From assembly GCA_051294375.1 (NCBI GenBank), contig CM119268.1, forward strand, positions 19,623,934 to 19,687,933: a stretch of 64,000 nucleotides of DNA, written 5' to 3'. Shown piece by piece: positions 52,991-64,000 of the stretch. A program made the translations under genes and the position numbers. The notes beneath the pieces were generated by a model. It saw only the letters and a program-made list of their open reading frames with translations. It was not told the DNA's origin and did not search any database. The number at the start of each line of letters is the position of its first letter. Within the stretch, counting starts at the first letter, position 1. Source of the DNA: Paraspadella gotoi (lineage: Eukaryota; Animalia; Chaetognatha).

Positions 52991-53922
52991 TAGGCGTAGC
53001 CCTCGCCAGAGTTAGCCAGGTCCATAGCGCAAGTTAGCTTGTTCAGTGTTTACTCAATTAATGTGTACCAATTTCATAAAAATTTATGATAGAAATTTCA
53101 TAAAAATGATCCCATGTGACAATCGTCCCTCTCGATGAAAGTACCGTCTCACAATGTGACTCGTTGCCAACATTCACATCAAAGCGGTCACACGGTTACA
53201 CTCTTTAGTCATATGGTCACACTCTTTAGTCACACGGTCACACTCTTTAGTCACACGGTCACACTCTTTAGTGAATCGAAATCGCGGATCAAAAGAAGAA
53301 TATACCGCGTCTCGGTAGGGACCAACTCCAGAGATAATATAAATTTCGACTATTAGCAAAGTACTTTTAGCTGTCTTGACTAAATATTTAAACAATCATT
53401 TTCGAAAAAAATTTATTATTACGTCTTGATTAATACATTAAACATTACTTGTCTTTTTTAATATTATAAAATTTTTTTTTAGAAATCTTAAAATTTTTTG
53501 ATGGATTCTGATAGAGCATTAAAAGTTAAATAAGAAATATAATTACAGCTTTTAAAAATTTTTATGTTTTCTATGTGAAAAAATAAAAAAACTGATAAAA
53601 TCATCGAAAGATGATGATGATGATTTTTTACGGTTTTTCTTATTTTTGACTCACTTATCATGAAAATATTTAAAAAAGAATTATACTTTGTGTAGACAAC
53701 TTTTTATGAGCTATCTGAATCAGGTCTTAAAATTTAAAATTATCAAAAAAAAATTTGGCCTTTCCTATTTATAAATAAATATTAAAAAAATTAATTATTT
53801 GGGTATAGAGCCACATAAGAAATGTTTTGTCCATTGAAGATACTTAAAAATGTATACATTTTCGTTTGAGCATATAATCATTCTAAATTTTTGATTCACT
53901 CCATTGAGTGGGGTTACCCCTA
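52991..53922. mobile_element. hAT-like element family C containing a 21-bp tandem repeat (~53190-53272)
   Basis: Ends TAGGCGTAGCCC and GGGTTACCCCTA (10/12 inverted match). The same end occurs at ~40640. No TSD recognisable. Confidence 0.5.
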
Positions 53923-54093
53923 GTCTCGGCTCTCTTTTTATTGCTTTTCTTTCCCTGTTTTTTTCCTCCCTTTACTTTTCTGTTTCCTTTACTTTCAAAA
54001 GATAAGTTACCTCGTTTTCTTTTCCTCCATTTTGTTTATTATCTTTTTTTCTTTAAATAAGTTTCCTAATTTTTTTCTCCTACCTTTTTTTTC

Positions 54094-55127
54094 TTTTTAT
54101 CGAGCCATGACCGGCGAAGCCGGTTCAGGCTTGATTTTGTTTCGGGTGAGCTTCTTTGTAACGTAGTCGTCGTCGTCGTCGTCGTCGTCGGCGTCACGCT
54201 GTTTTTATATAAAAACTACTACGCTTTTATAGGTTTGGCTGTGACTTACCGTGTTTTTTTAAATAAAAATTATTATGAATTATGATTAAGTTTTACAAAA
54301 GTGTGCGATCATAGTAAGTTAAAAATTTAGATATGGCTTCTCATCTTGAAATAGCTTTGATATTTTCTTATTACATTAAGATTTAAGTATTTTTTGTTCA
54401 CTTTAATTTTTTAGTCACTTTTTTTTTTCACCACCATCATTAGGCGACGAGTAAACGAGTTCCAGCTCTTTTCAGCTTCTTTCTCTCTCTCTCTCTCTCT
54501 GTCTCTCTATGTACGATCGTTCGTTTTTTGAAAAATTCTTATTATTTTTTTCCATCTAAATCGCCATTTATTTTTTTTTCTCAATACAAAATCCCAAATT
54601 TACATCCGAGATTTTCGTGGATTCATTTTAAAAAAAGGGAAGAATAACTTATAATGCAGGCAATGTCATATGTACATCAGCTTGCTGCCGAATTAATTTA
54701 ATTTTATGTATAATTTTCTAAAAAAAAAATATTTTTTTTGTTTTTGTTTATTATTGTAACTTTGGACCGGTCGGCCCACTATTGGCAAATTATATCTAAA
54801 ATAGGAGTTGAGAAGAGAGAAATAGTCAAATTAAACATTTTTTTTTGTTCTTCTGATAATTTTTACAATTTTAAATTTGTAAATTTTTTTAAGTGTATAT
54901 ATTTAATCATTTTTATCTTTTTTTAAAATAATAATTATTTGAGTTGGGATAAATATTTATAAATTAGTTAAATATGCAAATATGAAATTTGACCTCGGTC
55001 TGGTTTCTTCTTAAAAAAAGAACAATCTAAAATTTCAAGATTAAAACTTTTTTATAGAAAGGAAAAGAGTTCGTCCCTACTCAGATTCGTCGAAAAACGA
55101 GTTCAGCGGCGGTCCAGCTTCTCTCTA

Positions 55128-55163
<36 letters not shown>

Positions 55164-55598
55164 CTTTCTATTTTTTTCCGCCATTTATTCCGCGCTTTTT
55201 TCTCAATACAAAATCCCAAATTTACATCCGAGATTTTTGTGGATTTTTTGTCTAAAAATTCTGATTATTCTTTATATAAACGAGAGTGAAAACTGACCAG
55301 CCTCTCTATCTTTCTCTCTCTCTCTCTCTCTCTCTCATTCATAACACGCATTTGTTTGTTTTATTTACGATGAATGATTCATCGCGTCAATGAATGACTA
55401 TCATCGCATCAATGAATGATTATCATCAAATCAATGAATGATTATCATCACATCAATGAATGACTATCATCGCATCAATCATTTGATTATCATCACATCA
55501 GTTATTTTGTTATCATCGCATCAATTATTGGTTATTATCGCATCAATATTTGGTTACCATCGAAAGCAGGCTCGATCCTTATGCTTTTAAGATTTTTT
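54094..55598 (+). mobile_element. HINE-2 reference copy (~1.5 kb)
   Basis: Order: T-run, subTIR ATCGAGCC (54099-54106) in a GC hairpin, (GTC)n, 22-bp subrepeats, 3' subTIR GGCTCGAT (55569-55576), ctta..taag stem-loop, T-run. Confidence 0.85.
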
Positions 55599-56482
55599 GT
55601 ATAAAAACTACTACGCTTTTATAATTTTGGCTGGGACTTACCGTTTTTTTTTAAATAAAAATTATTATGAATTACAATGAAGTATTATAAAAGTGTGCCA
55701 TCATAGTAAGTTAAAAATTTAGATATGGCTTCTCATCTTGAAATAGCTTTTATATTTTCTTATTACATTTGGATTTAAGTATTTTTTGTTTGAATTTCCA
55801 CTTCATTATGATTTACTACAATATGCAAATGAGATTATAGTACTCATTAAAAAATCCAAATTAGTATATACAAATACTTTTATCTAATTTACTAGAGAGA
55901 GCAAAGAATTTTGAATTTAACAACGATTTTTTTTATTATCGTTGTTAAATTCAAAATTCTTTGCTCTCTCTAATACCTATGAACAACGAAAAAGAAAGGA
56001 TTAACGCATCATATCTAATTTACATATTGCAGTATATAATATTGAATAGAAATTTCAAAAAAAAATTTTAAAATCTATAATAAAAATGGGAAATCAAAGG
56101 ACTTTTTTAATGAGAAGCTATATCTTAATTTTAATACAAATAAAAATAAAATCTTTTACAAGTTATGATCGGAAAAAATTGTAAAAATTTCCAATTGTAA
56201 ACAATTGTACATTTTTTTTCCTTTCTTTTATTTCTTTAAATTATGTATATAGTTTAGTTTAGTTTAGTTTTCCAGTATTTTATACTATTACTGTTTATGA
56301 TTATGTCAATACTGTTTTTGGTATTAATAAAAAAAAATCCTATTTTTGTCAGTTGCTGCCTCTTCTGAACCCTTTAAAAACGAGTTCAGGCTCTGCAGTG
56401 ATCGTACAACTGCCTTCTAGCGGCTGTCCAGCTTTCTCTCTTTCTCTCTCTGTTTCTGTCTGTCTCTTTCTTTCTCTTTCCA

Positions 56483-56513
<31 letters not shown>

Positions 56514-56677
56514 GTACGATATCTTGCGTGATCGTTTTTTGAAAAATTTTGATTATTTTTTTCCTTTTAAAAACCTTTATTATCGCCATTTATTCTGCGC
56601 TTTTTTCTCAATGCAAAATCCCAAATTTACATCCGAGATTTTCGTGGATTTATTATCTTTCTTTCTCTCTCTTTCTT

Positions 56678-56709
<32 letters not shown>

Positions 56710-57036
56710 ACTCATACACCCATGTTTGTTTTATTTATGATGAATGATTCATTGCATCAATGAATGACTATCATCGCATCAATGAATGACTATCATCGTA
56801 TCAATGAATGATTATCATCACATCAATGAATGACTATCATCGCATCAATCATTTGGTTATTATCACATCAATCATTTGGTTATCATCACATCGATCATTT
56901 GGTTATCATCGCATCAATTATTGGTTATCATCGCATCAATCATTTGGTTATCATCGCATCAATCCTTTGGTTATCATAGCATCAATATTTGGTTATCATT
57001 GAAGGTAGGCGAGATCCTATTCTTTTATGATTTTTC
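55599..57036 (+). mobile_element. 5'-truncated HINE-2 in tandem with the preceding copy
   Basis: Restarts at ataaaaactactacgc and ends ggcgagatcctattcttttatgattttt. Confidence 0.75.
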
Positions 57037-57294
57037 TTTTCTTGTTCTCCCTTTCTTTTTCATTCTTTTTCTTTTTCTTTCTAAAGGTAAGTTTTCTCCT
57101 TTTCTTTTTTTCCCTCTTTTTTTTTCCTTTTCGAATTTCTTCATTTCTCAGAAAAGATATTCACGGTGATTCTTAAGGAAGGATGCAAATCAGGAGGCGG
57201 AATTTAATGATGAATGCGAAGGGAAAATTTTTGCAACGAATATCAAGTAAAGAAACTAGTAAACGCTAAGTTAGTTTCTTTGCTAGGTAGTCTC

Positions 57295-57352
<58 letters not shown>

Positions 57353-57566
57353 ACTCTCTCTCTCTCTTTCCAGACATGTATTTTTCGAGTCTTCACGGTC
57401 TTCTAAATCTTTCACAAGGTGTCACTCGAGATTTTGTCTCACATTTACTTTTTTGCTCCGCTTCGCCCTTCGACCTTCACTCCGAGTCACAAGCGGCGTT
57501 CGGAATGATTGACAACACAAACGAAGTCAATTGGTCGATCTGCACAAATTTCAAATCAAACTGTCA

Positions 57567-57612
57567 AATCGCTGATGAAGGCTTGTAAAGCAAGTCGAAT
57601 CATGTCTGTTCA
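57567..57612 (+). ncRNA. Type I minimal hammerhead ribozyme motif with a mutated core (GAAT instead of GAAA)
   Basis: CTGATGA-a-GGCTTG taaag CAAGTC-GAAT-CATG-TC. Confidence 0.55.
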
Positions 57613-57842
57613 ATTTAAATAAAATTCGTTGCAAACAAAAACTTTGTCAATTCTCTAACCAATAAATTTTTAAAAAAATATTTAGGATAGTAAATTAAAT
57701 CATGATAATATTTTTATATTAACAACCAATTATGTTTTTCGGAAATCAATAATAATTATACAAAATAATACAATATTACAAAATAATTATATTAGGAGAA
57801 AAATAGTTTTGGTTTAACAATGATTTTTTTTTTGACATAATT

Positions 57843-57889
57843 AGCCAGACATGTTTCGGCTCATTCAGTTAGAGCCTTCATCAGTGCTT
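57843..57889 (-). ncRNA. Type I minimal hammerhead ribozyme (Penelope/retrozyme type), core intact
   Basis: Minus strand reads aagca CTGATGA a GGCTC taactgaat GAGCC GAAA CATG TC|tggct. It has a full catalytic core, a 5-bp stem II, a palindromic loop III and a GUC cleavage triplet. Confidence 0.75.
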
Positions 57890-57927
57890 TGACAATCAAT
57901 ATTGAAGTCTCTGTTTAAGTAAGTTTT

Positions 57928-57963
<36 letters not shown>

Positions 57964-59467
57964 AAAAATTGAGGGAGAGTTTCCAACAAAGAATAAGGTA
58001 AGGGATGCTGTTCAAGTGATTTAAGAGGTCCTCAAAAGCCGAAACATGTCCGTTTTATATATTAAAATTATAATCGTTACGGAAATTAAATTAAATACTC
58101 TATAAATAAGATTAAAATTAATTAATTCAATTAAATCAAGAGAGATCAAGCTAAGAGTAATAAATAGTTTACTAAAAGAGCACTCGCTATGAAAAATAAT
58201 CTTGCTGAAACCAAGAAAGACGAAATAAAAAACGAAAATTCCGATTTGATCAATTTATTCCCGAGATCGAGTTTCTGTTTCGCGAATAACGAATGACTCC
58301 GCAGCCGCCGCCACCGCGACCGCCGCCGTAGCCTCCGACGACGACGCCGCAGCACGAAGCCAGCGGCTGACTCTCTTATCTCTTTTTCTGATTAATATTA
58401 TTATTTCTCTTCGCGCAAAAGTTGATAATTCGTCGGCACATATCTCTTTGCCTTTGGCTGCGTTCTCTTTTTATCGGGTTTTCCCGTCGGTATTTTTTGC
58501 GAAACTACGATGGCAAAATATCATTGACTTCTAACTTGGCTTTGACGTTTTTAGCTTTTTTATATTCTTATTTATTATTTATTTATTTTCATATTTTTTT
58601 CTGGGGTTATCCCTGTTGCCGAAATCTCCTACCTATGGCGCTATGTGCCACGCTGCGAAGTCTTGATGCTGCGAACTCTTGATGAAGCGATGACGCAATG
58701 CTGCGATGCCGTGAATACGCGAAGCTCGAATGCTACAACTGATTTTTTTTGTTGGCGGCGGATCGCGTGACCAAAATCTTTCTCACCTGAAAAGATCGAT
58801 TTGCAGAGTAGATTTTGTCGTCGCTTTCGTCGTCGTCATCGTCGTCGTCGTCCTCTTTGTACCTTTCGCCTTTTTTTCGTTGTTCCTGTTTTCATTCTTA
58901 AGATTTTGGCTTTTAAAAAAATGACTTATAGTTGTACTATATTGTAGGATATATTTTATAAAAAATTTCTAAATTACTTTTTCATTATATTTTACATTTA
59001 TTCATGAAAATATTATGTTTCATATTTCTCATTTTATATTTTAGAACGAATAGAGGGATGTTAGTGTTATCCTCTGGAAGTACTTAAACAAAAGGTTAAA
59101 AATAGAATACTTAATGCTATCGGTTTTTATTATCGTCATTTGCTAAACAAAATAACTAAAAGGGATAATTTGTTGTTGGATCATGGTTACTGGTTAGGCT
59201 ATATTGTTATTGAATAATCTTTCTTTTCTCTCTTTTCTCTCTTTTCTCTCTTTTCTATAACTTCTATCTTTTCTGTCTTATTATCTTTTCTATCTTTTCT
59301 CTCATTTTTAACTTTTCTATCTTTTTTATCTCTTCTTCTTTCCGTCCTCATTCTCTTTTTTACCTCCCCCTTTCTCGCCAGTTTCAGTCTTTGCTATTGT
59401 CTTCCTTTTTTCGCCTCATTGATAAATTTTGATCACCTTTTCATCTTCCGACGCGGGTCCTCCACTA

Positions 59468-60055
59468 TTTTTTAGTCGGATCTGCTTTCAGCAGATCCTG
59501 ACTCTATAATTCACTTTGTCGGTCCGTCGGTCCACCCCCTCAATCTTGTTGGGCATTCATTTTATATCATGTCAGAACATCAAATTATGCAAAAAAAACA
59601 ATGTCCATCCGTCCTTCTGTCTGTCCGTCCGTCCGTCCATCCGTCCGTCCATCCGTCCGTCTGTCCTACCTTAGCAAAAAACACCAATTACTCGTGATTG
59701 GATTGATGGATTGGAATGAAATTTTGTGTGTGGGTAGGGAAGTGTGTGATTGAGCTGGATATGAAGTTTTGATGGAATCGTCTGAGTGGAAATGAGTTTA
59801 AATGGAAAAAACAAAAAAATATATTTCACTATTTGAATACCAATTACTCATGAATGGATGGGGCGATTGACTTGAAATTTTGTATTTGGGTGGAAAAGTG
59901 TGTGATTAAACTGGAAATCAAGTTTCGATGGAATCGTTTAAGTGGAAAAAATAAAAAACCTGTTTCACTAATTGATTTCTTTTTATTTTAAATGTAAATT
60001 CAAGATGTATTAATTAATCAAATAATTAATTAGTTAATTAACAAATTAGTCAATT
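59468..60055 (+). mobile_element. HINE-1, 5' portion
   Basis: ttttttaGTCGGATCTGCtttcaGCAGATCCTGAC, (GTCC)n and two subrepeats. Confidence 0.75.
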
Positions 60056-60245
60056 TGGGCTGAAGATGTCTCTCCGTAACTTCTATAACCCCCTTTAGTA
60101 GCCATGGAACGGGTCCTGGGCTTGGAACCAGGCTTGAGGGGTTGCGGCCGTCCTCACGCTTCCCGCAGGGTAGGTACTGGGTTGGGATTGAACCCGGTAC
60201 CTAGTGGTCATGAGCTGATGGCTTTACTCAATGAGCCACCGGGTC
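60056..60245 (-). mobile_element. tRNA-headed SINE-like element
   Basis: Minus strand has A-box TGGCTCATTGAG and B-box GGTTCAATCCC at tRNA spacing, followed by a GC-rich non-tRNA body. The 3' boundary is approximate. Confidence 0.65.
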
Positions 60246-61054
60246 AGGACTGAAGGTGTCATGCTTAGAGGCGGGGTGAACCTAGGCAATGCCCGACTAC
60301 ACATTTTACTTTCCTTTCCTCCAATTTCGGTCTTTTCTTCTTTCCTCCACTTTAATTTCCTTTCCTCCTATTCCCATCCTTTTTTCTTTCCTACATTTTA
60401 TTTTTCTTTCCTCGAATTTCTGTTATTTCCTCTTGGATGACACTCTCCGTTCGAGCGATCTCTTCACACTCTCACGAAAGTCCGTCTGTCCGGTCATCTA
60501 ACAGAGTTAAATTGTTCCTTGCAAATTTCATTGATTATATTTTTCTGCATAGAGGCTCACCCTACCGCCAGGGCCTTTCTCCCTCCCGGGTCTTCTCTTC
60601 CCCCTCTCAACGCCTCCTCCTCCTCATCCTCTCGTCGTTCCCTCCTCCTCATCCCCTAGTCACGGAATAGAGTCTTGGAGATCGGCATTACAACTTCTCC
60701 TCTCGGTCTCTCTCTCTCCCTCTCCCTTCTCCCCCTTTTATGTACCCTTGATACCCTTTGTTATACCTTTTTTCCTATTACCATTACATACGCTACTTAC
60801 CTCTTTTACCTGATGAGAGACTACTCAGAACCTACCTTTAGCTAGTTACCCATCTTCCCAGTTTTCTTTTTCAATTGCCGTTGCAGATGTCAGTTATTGA
60901 ATTTTCAGATTTTGATAAAAATTAAATTTAGATCAAATTTAATTCAAATAATACTATATTTATATTAAATTTAATTCTATTTACATTTAATGTAATTTTA
61001 TATCAAAACCATCATAGTCCCATTCCGTCATCCGCCTTTTTATGTACCTTTTTC

Positions 61055-61146
61055 AGCCCACAATGCCATCCACCATGCCATACACCATTCAATCTATTAT
61101 GCCATCCAATTTGCCATCTACAATACCATCTACCATGCCATTTACC
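61055..61146. repeat. 12-bp minisatellite (ATGCCATCTACC)
   Basis: About 7-8 degenerate units. Confidence 0.7.
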
Positions 61147-61629
61147 TTGCTCTCCAACTTTTCTTCTCACTCTCAACCTTATCGCCCCAGTGGCGATGGG
61201 ACGCGGGCCGTCGTCTTCGTAAGCAGATTTGGCAAATGAGGCAATGCACTTAAGCACCTGCAATCTCGAACCCGCCCTCCGCCGCCGCCGCCGCCGCCGC
61301 CGCTGCAGCACCCCAATCCCCCAAAACCCTACCATCCGCCCTCACGACCGTCTTCCCTAGCGAAGTTTCATATCAACTTTAACTCTCTCTCTTCTTCCTC
61401 CTTGCTCTTTCCGTTTAACTTTTTTTTCTCTTTTTATTTCTTTTCAATTTTCTTTTTTTTAGTTTTTTCTTGTTTTCCTTTTTATTTTGGTTTTTAGTTC
61501 CTTTCTTTATTATCTCTTTTTTTTTCTTTTCTTCCTTGAAGGAGACGCGGCTATCAGGCGAATTTGCGAACGATAATTCAAGCTTAGACGTTTTTCATCT
61601 TTTCAGAGTCGAACCAACGATAATAAAAT

Positions 61630-62240
61630 AACAAGTTTGAGTAAACAATGCCGGGTCTGCCCTCGATCAGTAGCGGTAAGCAGCTGATCAGATAATTAAT
61701 TAATTAATTAACGATTTTGACACGAATAAAAAATATTAATTAATTAATATTAATTTTTCGTTATCCACTTTGTCTCGCCTCTCAATCACAAAACTACAAT
61801 CTCGATCACAAAATTAATTAAATAATTAATTAATTAATTACAATTATTTAATAATTAATTAATTACTTATTTATTAATAATTAATTAATGCAGCTTGAAT
61901 TTACATTTAATATAAAAATAAAAAAAAGCATAATCAAATAGTCACTTGGACAATTCCATCAAAACTTTATTCCTGCTCAATCAGACACTCTCCTACCCAC
62001 ATACAAAATTTGAAGTCAATCGCCCCATTCACTCATGAGTAATAGTGAAAATAGTGAAATATATTTTTTTGTTTTTAGTCGGATCTGCTTATAAGCATTA
62101 ACATATTTCATGTCAGAACATCGAATTATGATAAATTAAAAATTCCGTCCGTCCCACCTTAACAAAACACCAATTACCCGTGATTGGATGGATGAATTTG
62201 AATGAAATTTTGTATGTGGTTAGGGAAGTGTATGATTGAT
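61630..62240. mobile_element. Two HINE-1 fragments (minus-strand 3' end, then plus-strand 5' end)
   Basis: acaagtttgagtaaacaatgccgggtctgcc at ~61631 and tttttagtcggatctgc at ~62072. Confidence 0.65.
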
Positions 62241-62487
62241 TTATTAGAGTAGAGCTAGAGAGAGATAAAGGTTTTTAACAAAGAACAGAGAATGGAGAGT
62301 GGATTGGGGATAAGTAGAGAAGAGACAGAGTTAAGGGAAGCAAAATAAGGTCAACCCTACTGAAGCAACTTAGTTCGTCTCTCCACGAACCGGGCATCCC
62401 TCATAAAGAATACTTTGGATAGAGGAAGGGGAGTCCGTCACTCCTGTTGCAAAAGAAGCAATAACGGATGACTGCTCACCTTACTGT

Positions 62488-62855
62488 CAGGTGAGAAGAG
62501 GGCTCTCGACAGGTGCAGCGGGCTCAATGGACATTTGAGTAGTATTAAGCATTATCCCCAAAGGATTTATCCCTGATCCAAACAGCATCAACTCGATATC
62601 ACTGTCTGGCAGTTGCCTCCAACTTTGAATGGTTTTAGGACCGTTCATATTTTTAACCAAGATTTTGTTTTATTTGCGCTTGTTTACAAACAAATCAAAT
62701 GCTTTTACTCCCTTGTTGGCTATTTTAAACAGTAATAAACATTTTTTGAATCCTCCTTTGTCGTCATTTTTAAAATCAATCAGAAAGTGAGGCAACTCAA
62801 ACTATTCACAATTTGATAATTTCATTTTCACCATTTTGGCTTTCAAAACTTTTAC
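62488..62855 (-). pseudogene. Possible decayed coding relic, probably from a transposon
   Basis: One minus-strand frame of ~120 codons of complex sequence (KAKMVKMKLSNCE*FELPHFLIDF...SWRQLPDSDIELMLFG) with two in-frame stops. No motif recognised. Confidence 0.25.
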
Positions 62856-64000
62856 TTTATTTTCTTAGTTCTTTGTTGACAACCATTATCTCTCTTTCTC
62901 TCTCTCTCTCTCTCTTGCAACCACAGAGTTGAAACATGTCTATTGAGGATTTTACCGTAACGCCGTGAACGAGCTAGTATTTTCTGCTTTGCTATTTCTT
63001 TATAGAAATTTGAAGAATATCAATTTAGTAATATTTATTGTAGTAGATATAAAATGGGCGTGAGGCGTGAATCATGTAGCAAGTCTATTTCTCAACATAA
63101 AAAAGAGAAACTTATTAAAAAATAGTCAACTTTAAACTTAATCATAAAATTGAAAATATAACATTTTAAATTTTTACTAACTGTCATGAATCATTGGTAA
63201 TTTATCCTCACAGCTTTAGGTAAGTACGTCTCTTTTATAACTTTGGGTAAGAACAGTGAAAAAGGACTGACCAATCCGCGATCTACATTTAAAATACTTA
63301 ATCAGATACTTCCTAAGCGGCAAAATACGAATTTAATAATAAACAACCAAGAGTCTATCTTTTTTTTTTTTTAACCATGTCCATTTTTTAAACAAAAAAT
63401 TGTTGTTTGTAAACAATAAAAACTTTGTTTTCTCTAAACATAATTCTTATGTTATATCTTACACTTAATATATATTATATATATTATATATTATATGTAT
63501 TATATATATTGTATATATATATATACTGTACTGTATCTCCCTACTCTCTGTATTGTAGGCATAAGCTCTTCAAATGTTAAGTTTTAGTTCTTTAATTGCC
63601 TTGGTCTAAAACTATACCTTTTTCTAAGAAAGGTTATTTTAATACTACTTCCGGTTATTTTTCCTTTACCTCCGGTTATTTTTACCTTACTTCCGGTTTA
63701 TACAGATGCCCTGTTTTAAAAAATATACTTTTTAAATAATTAATTTAGTTTTAAATCATTGGTAGCAAATTATTTAATAAAAAATTAACAATAAGGAAAA
63801 ATTATGAGATTTTTTTTAGAAAAAAAAAATTTACAACACGAGGATTGCGCTAATTGACTTTGACGCTTCATTGGGTTGATACGCGGTCACATTTTTTTTT
63901 CAGATTTGAGTTAAAACTTATTTAATATTGATAAATAACGGGAAACCGAACCGAGTGAGAACTTGGGAGACAATTTTTTGATACTGGGGAGGTCTACAGC

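Noticed and set aside
60175-60245. Possible tRNA gene
   Set aside because: A and B boxes are present, but the cloverleaf pairing is poor and a SINE-like body follows.

Overview
AT-rich, microsatellite-laden eukaryotic DNA, most likely an invertebrate metazoan draft scaffold, with five N-gaps. Only one host coding feature is supportable: a ~2.7 kb minus-strand exon (5739->3039). It has a clean acceptor and a GTGAGT donor, and its ORF ends in the first half of an immunoglobulin domain after a very long low-complexity leader and a signal-peptide-like stretch. The rest looks like intron or upstream sequence built from nested transposons. These include two families of Helentron-type non-autonomous elements (HINE/DINE-1/pearl-like), several hAT-like MITEs with 8-bp TSDs, and a 6.8 kb element with ~560-bp TIRs nested in one MITE. 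There is also a Tc1/mariner MITE, a solo LTR, a tRNA-headed SINE and an L1/Tx1 endonuclease fragment. A dispersed family carries Penelope/retrozyme-type minimal hammerhead ribozymes, one apparently intact. Duplications around the two 25-N gaps (about 7.4-15.7 kb and 35.8-39.8 kb) look like long-read gap-filling or haplotype artefacts. Almost all other ORFs in the track are translations of simple repeats. All calls were made by eye, without database searches.
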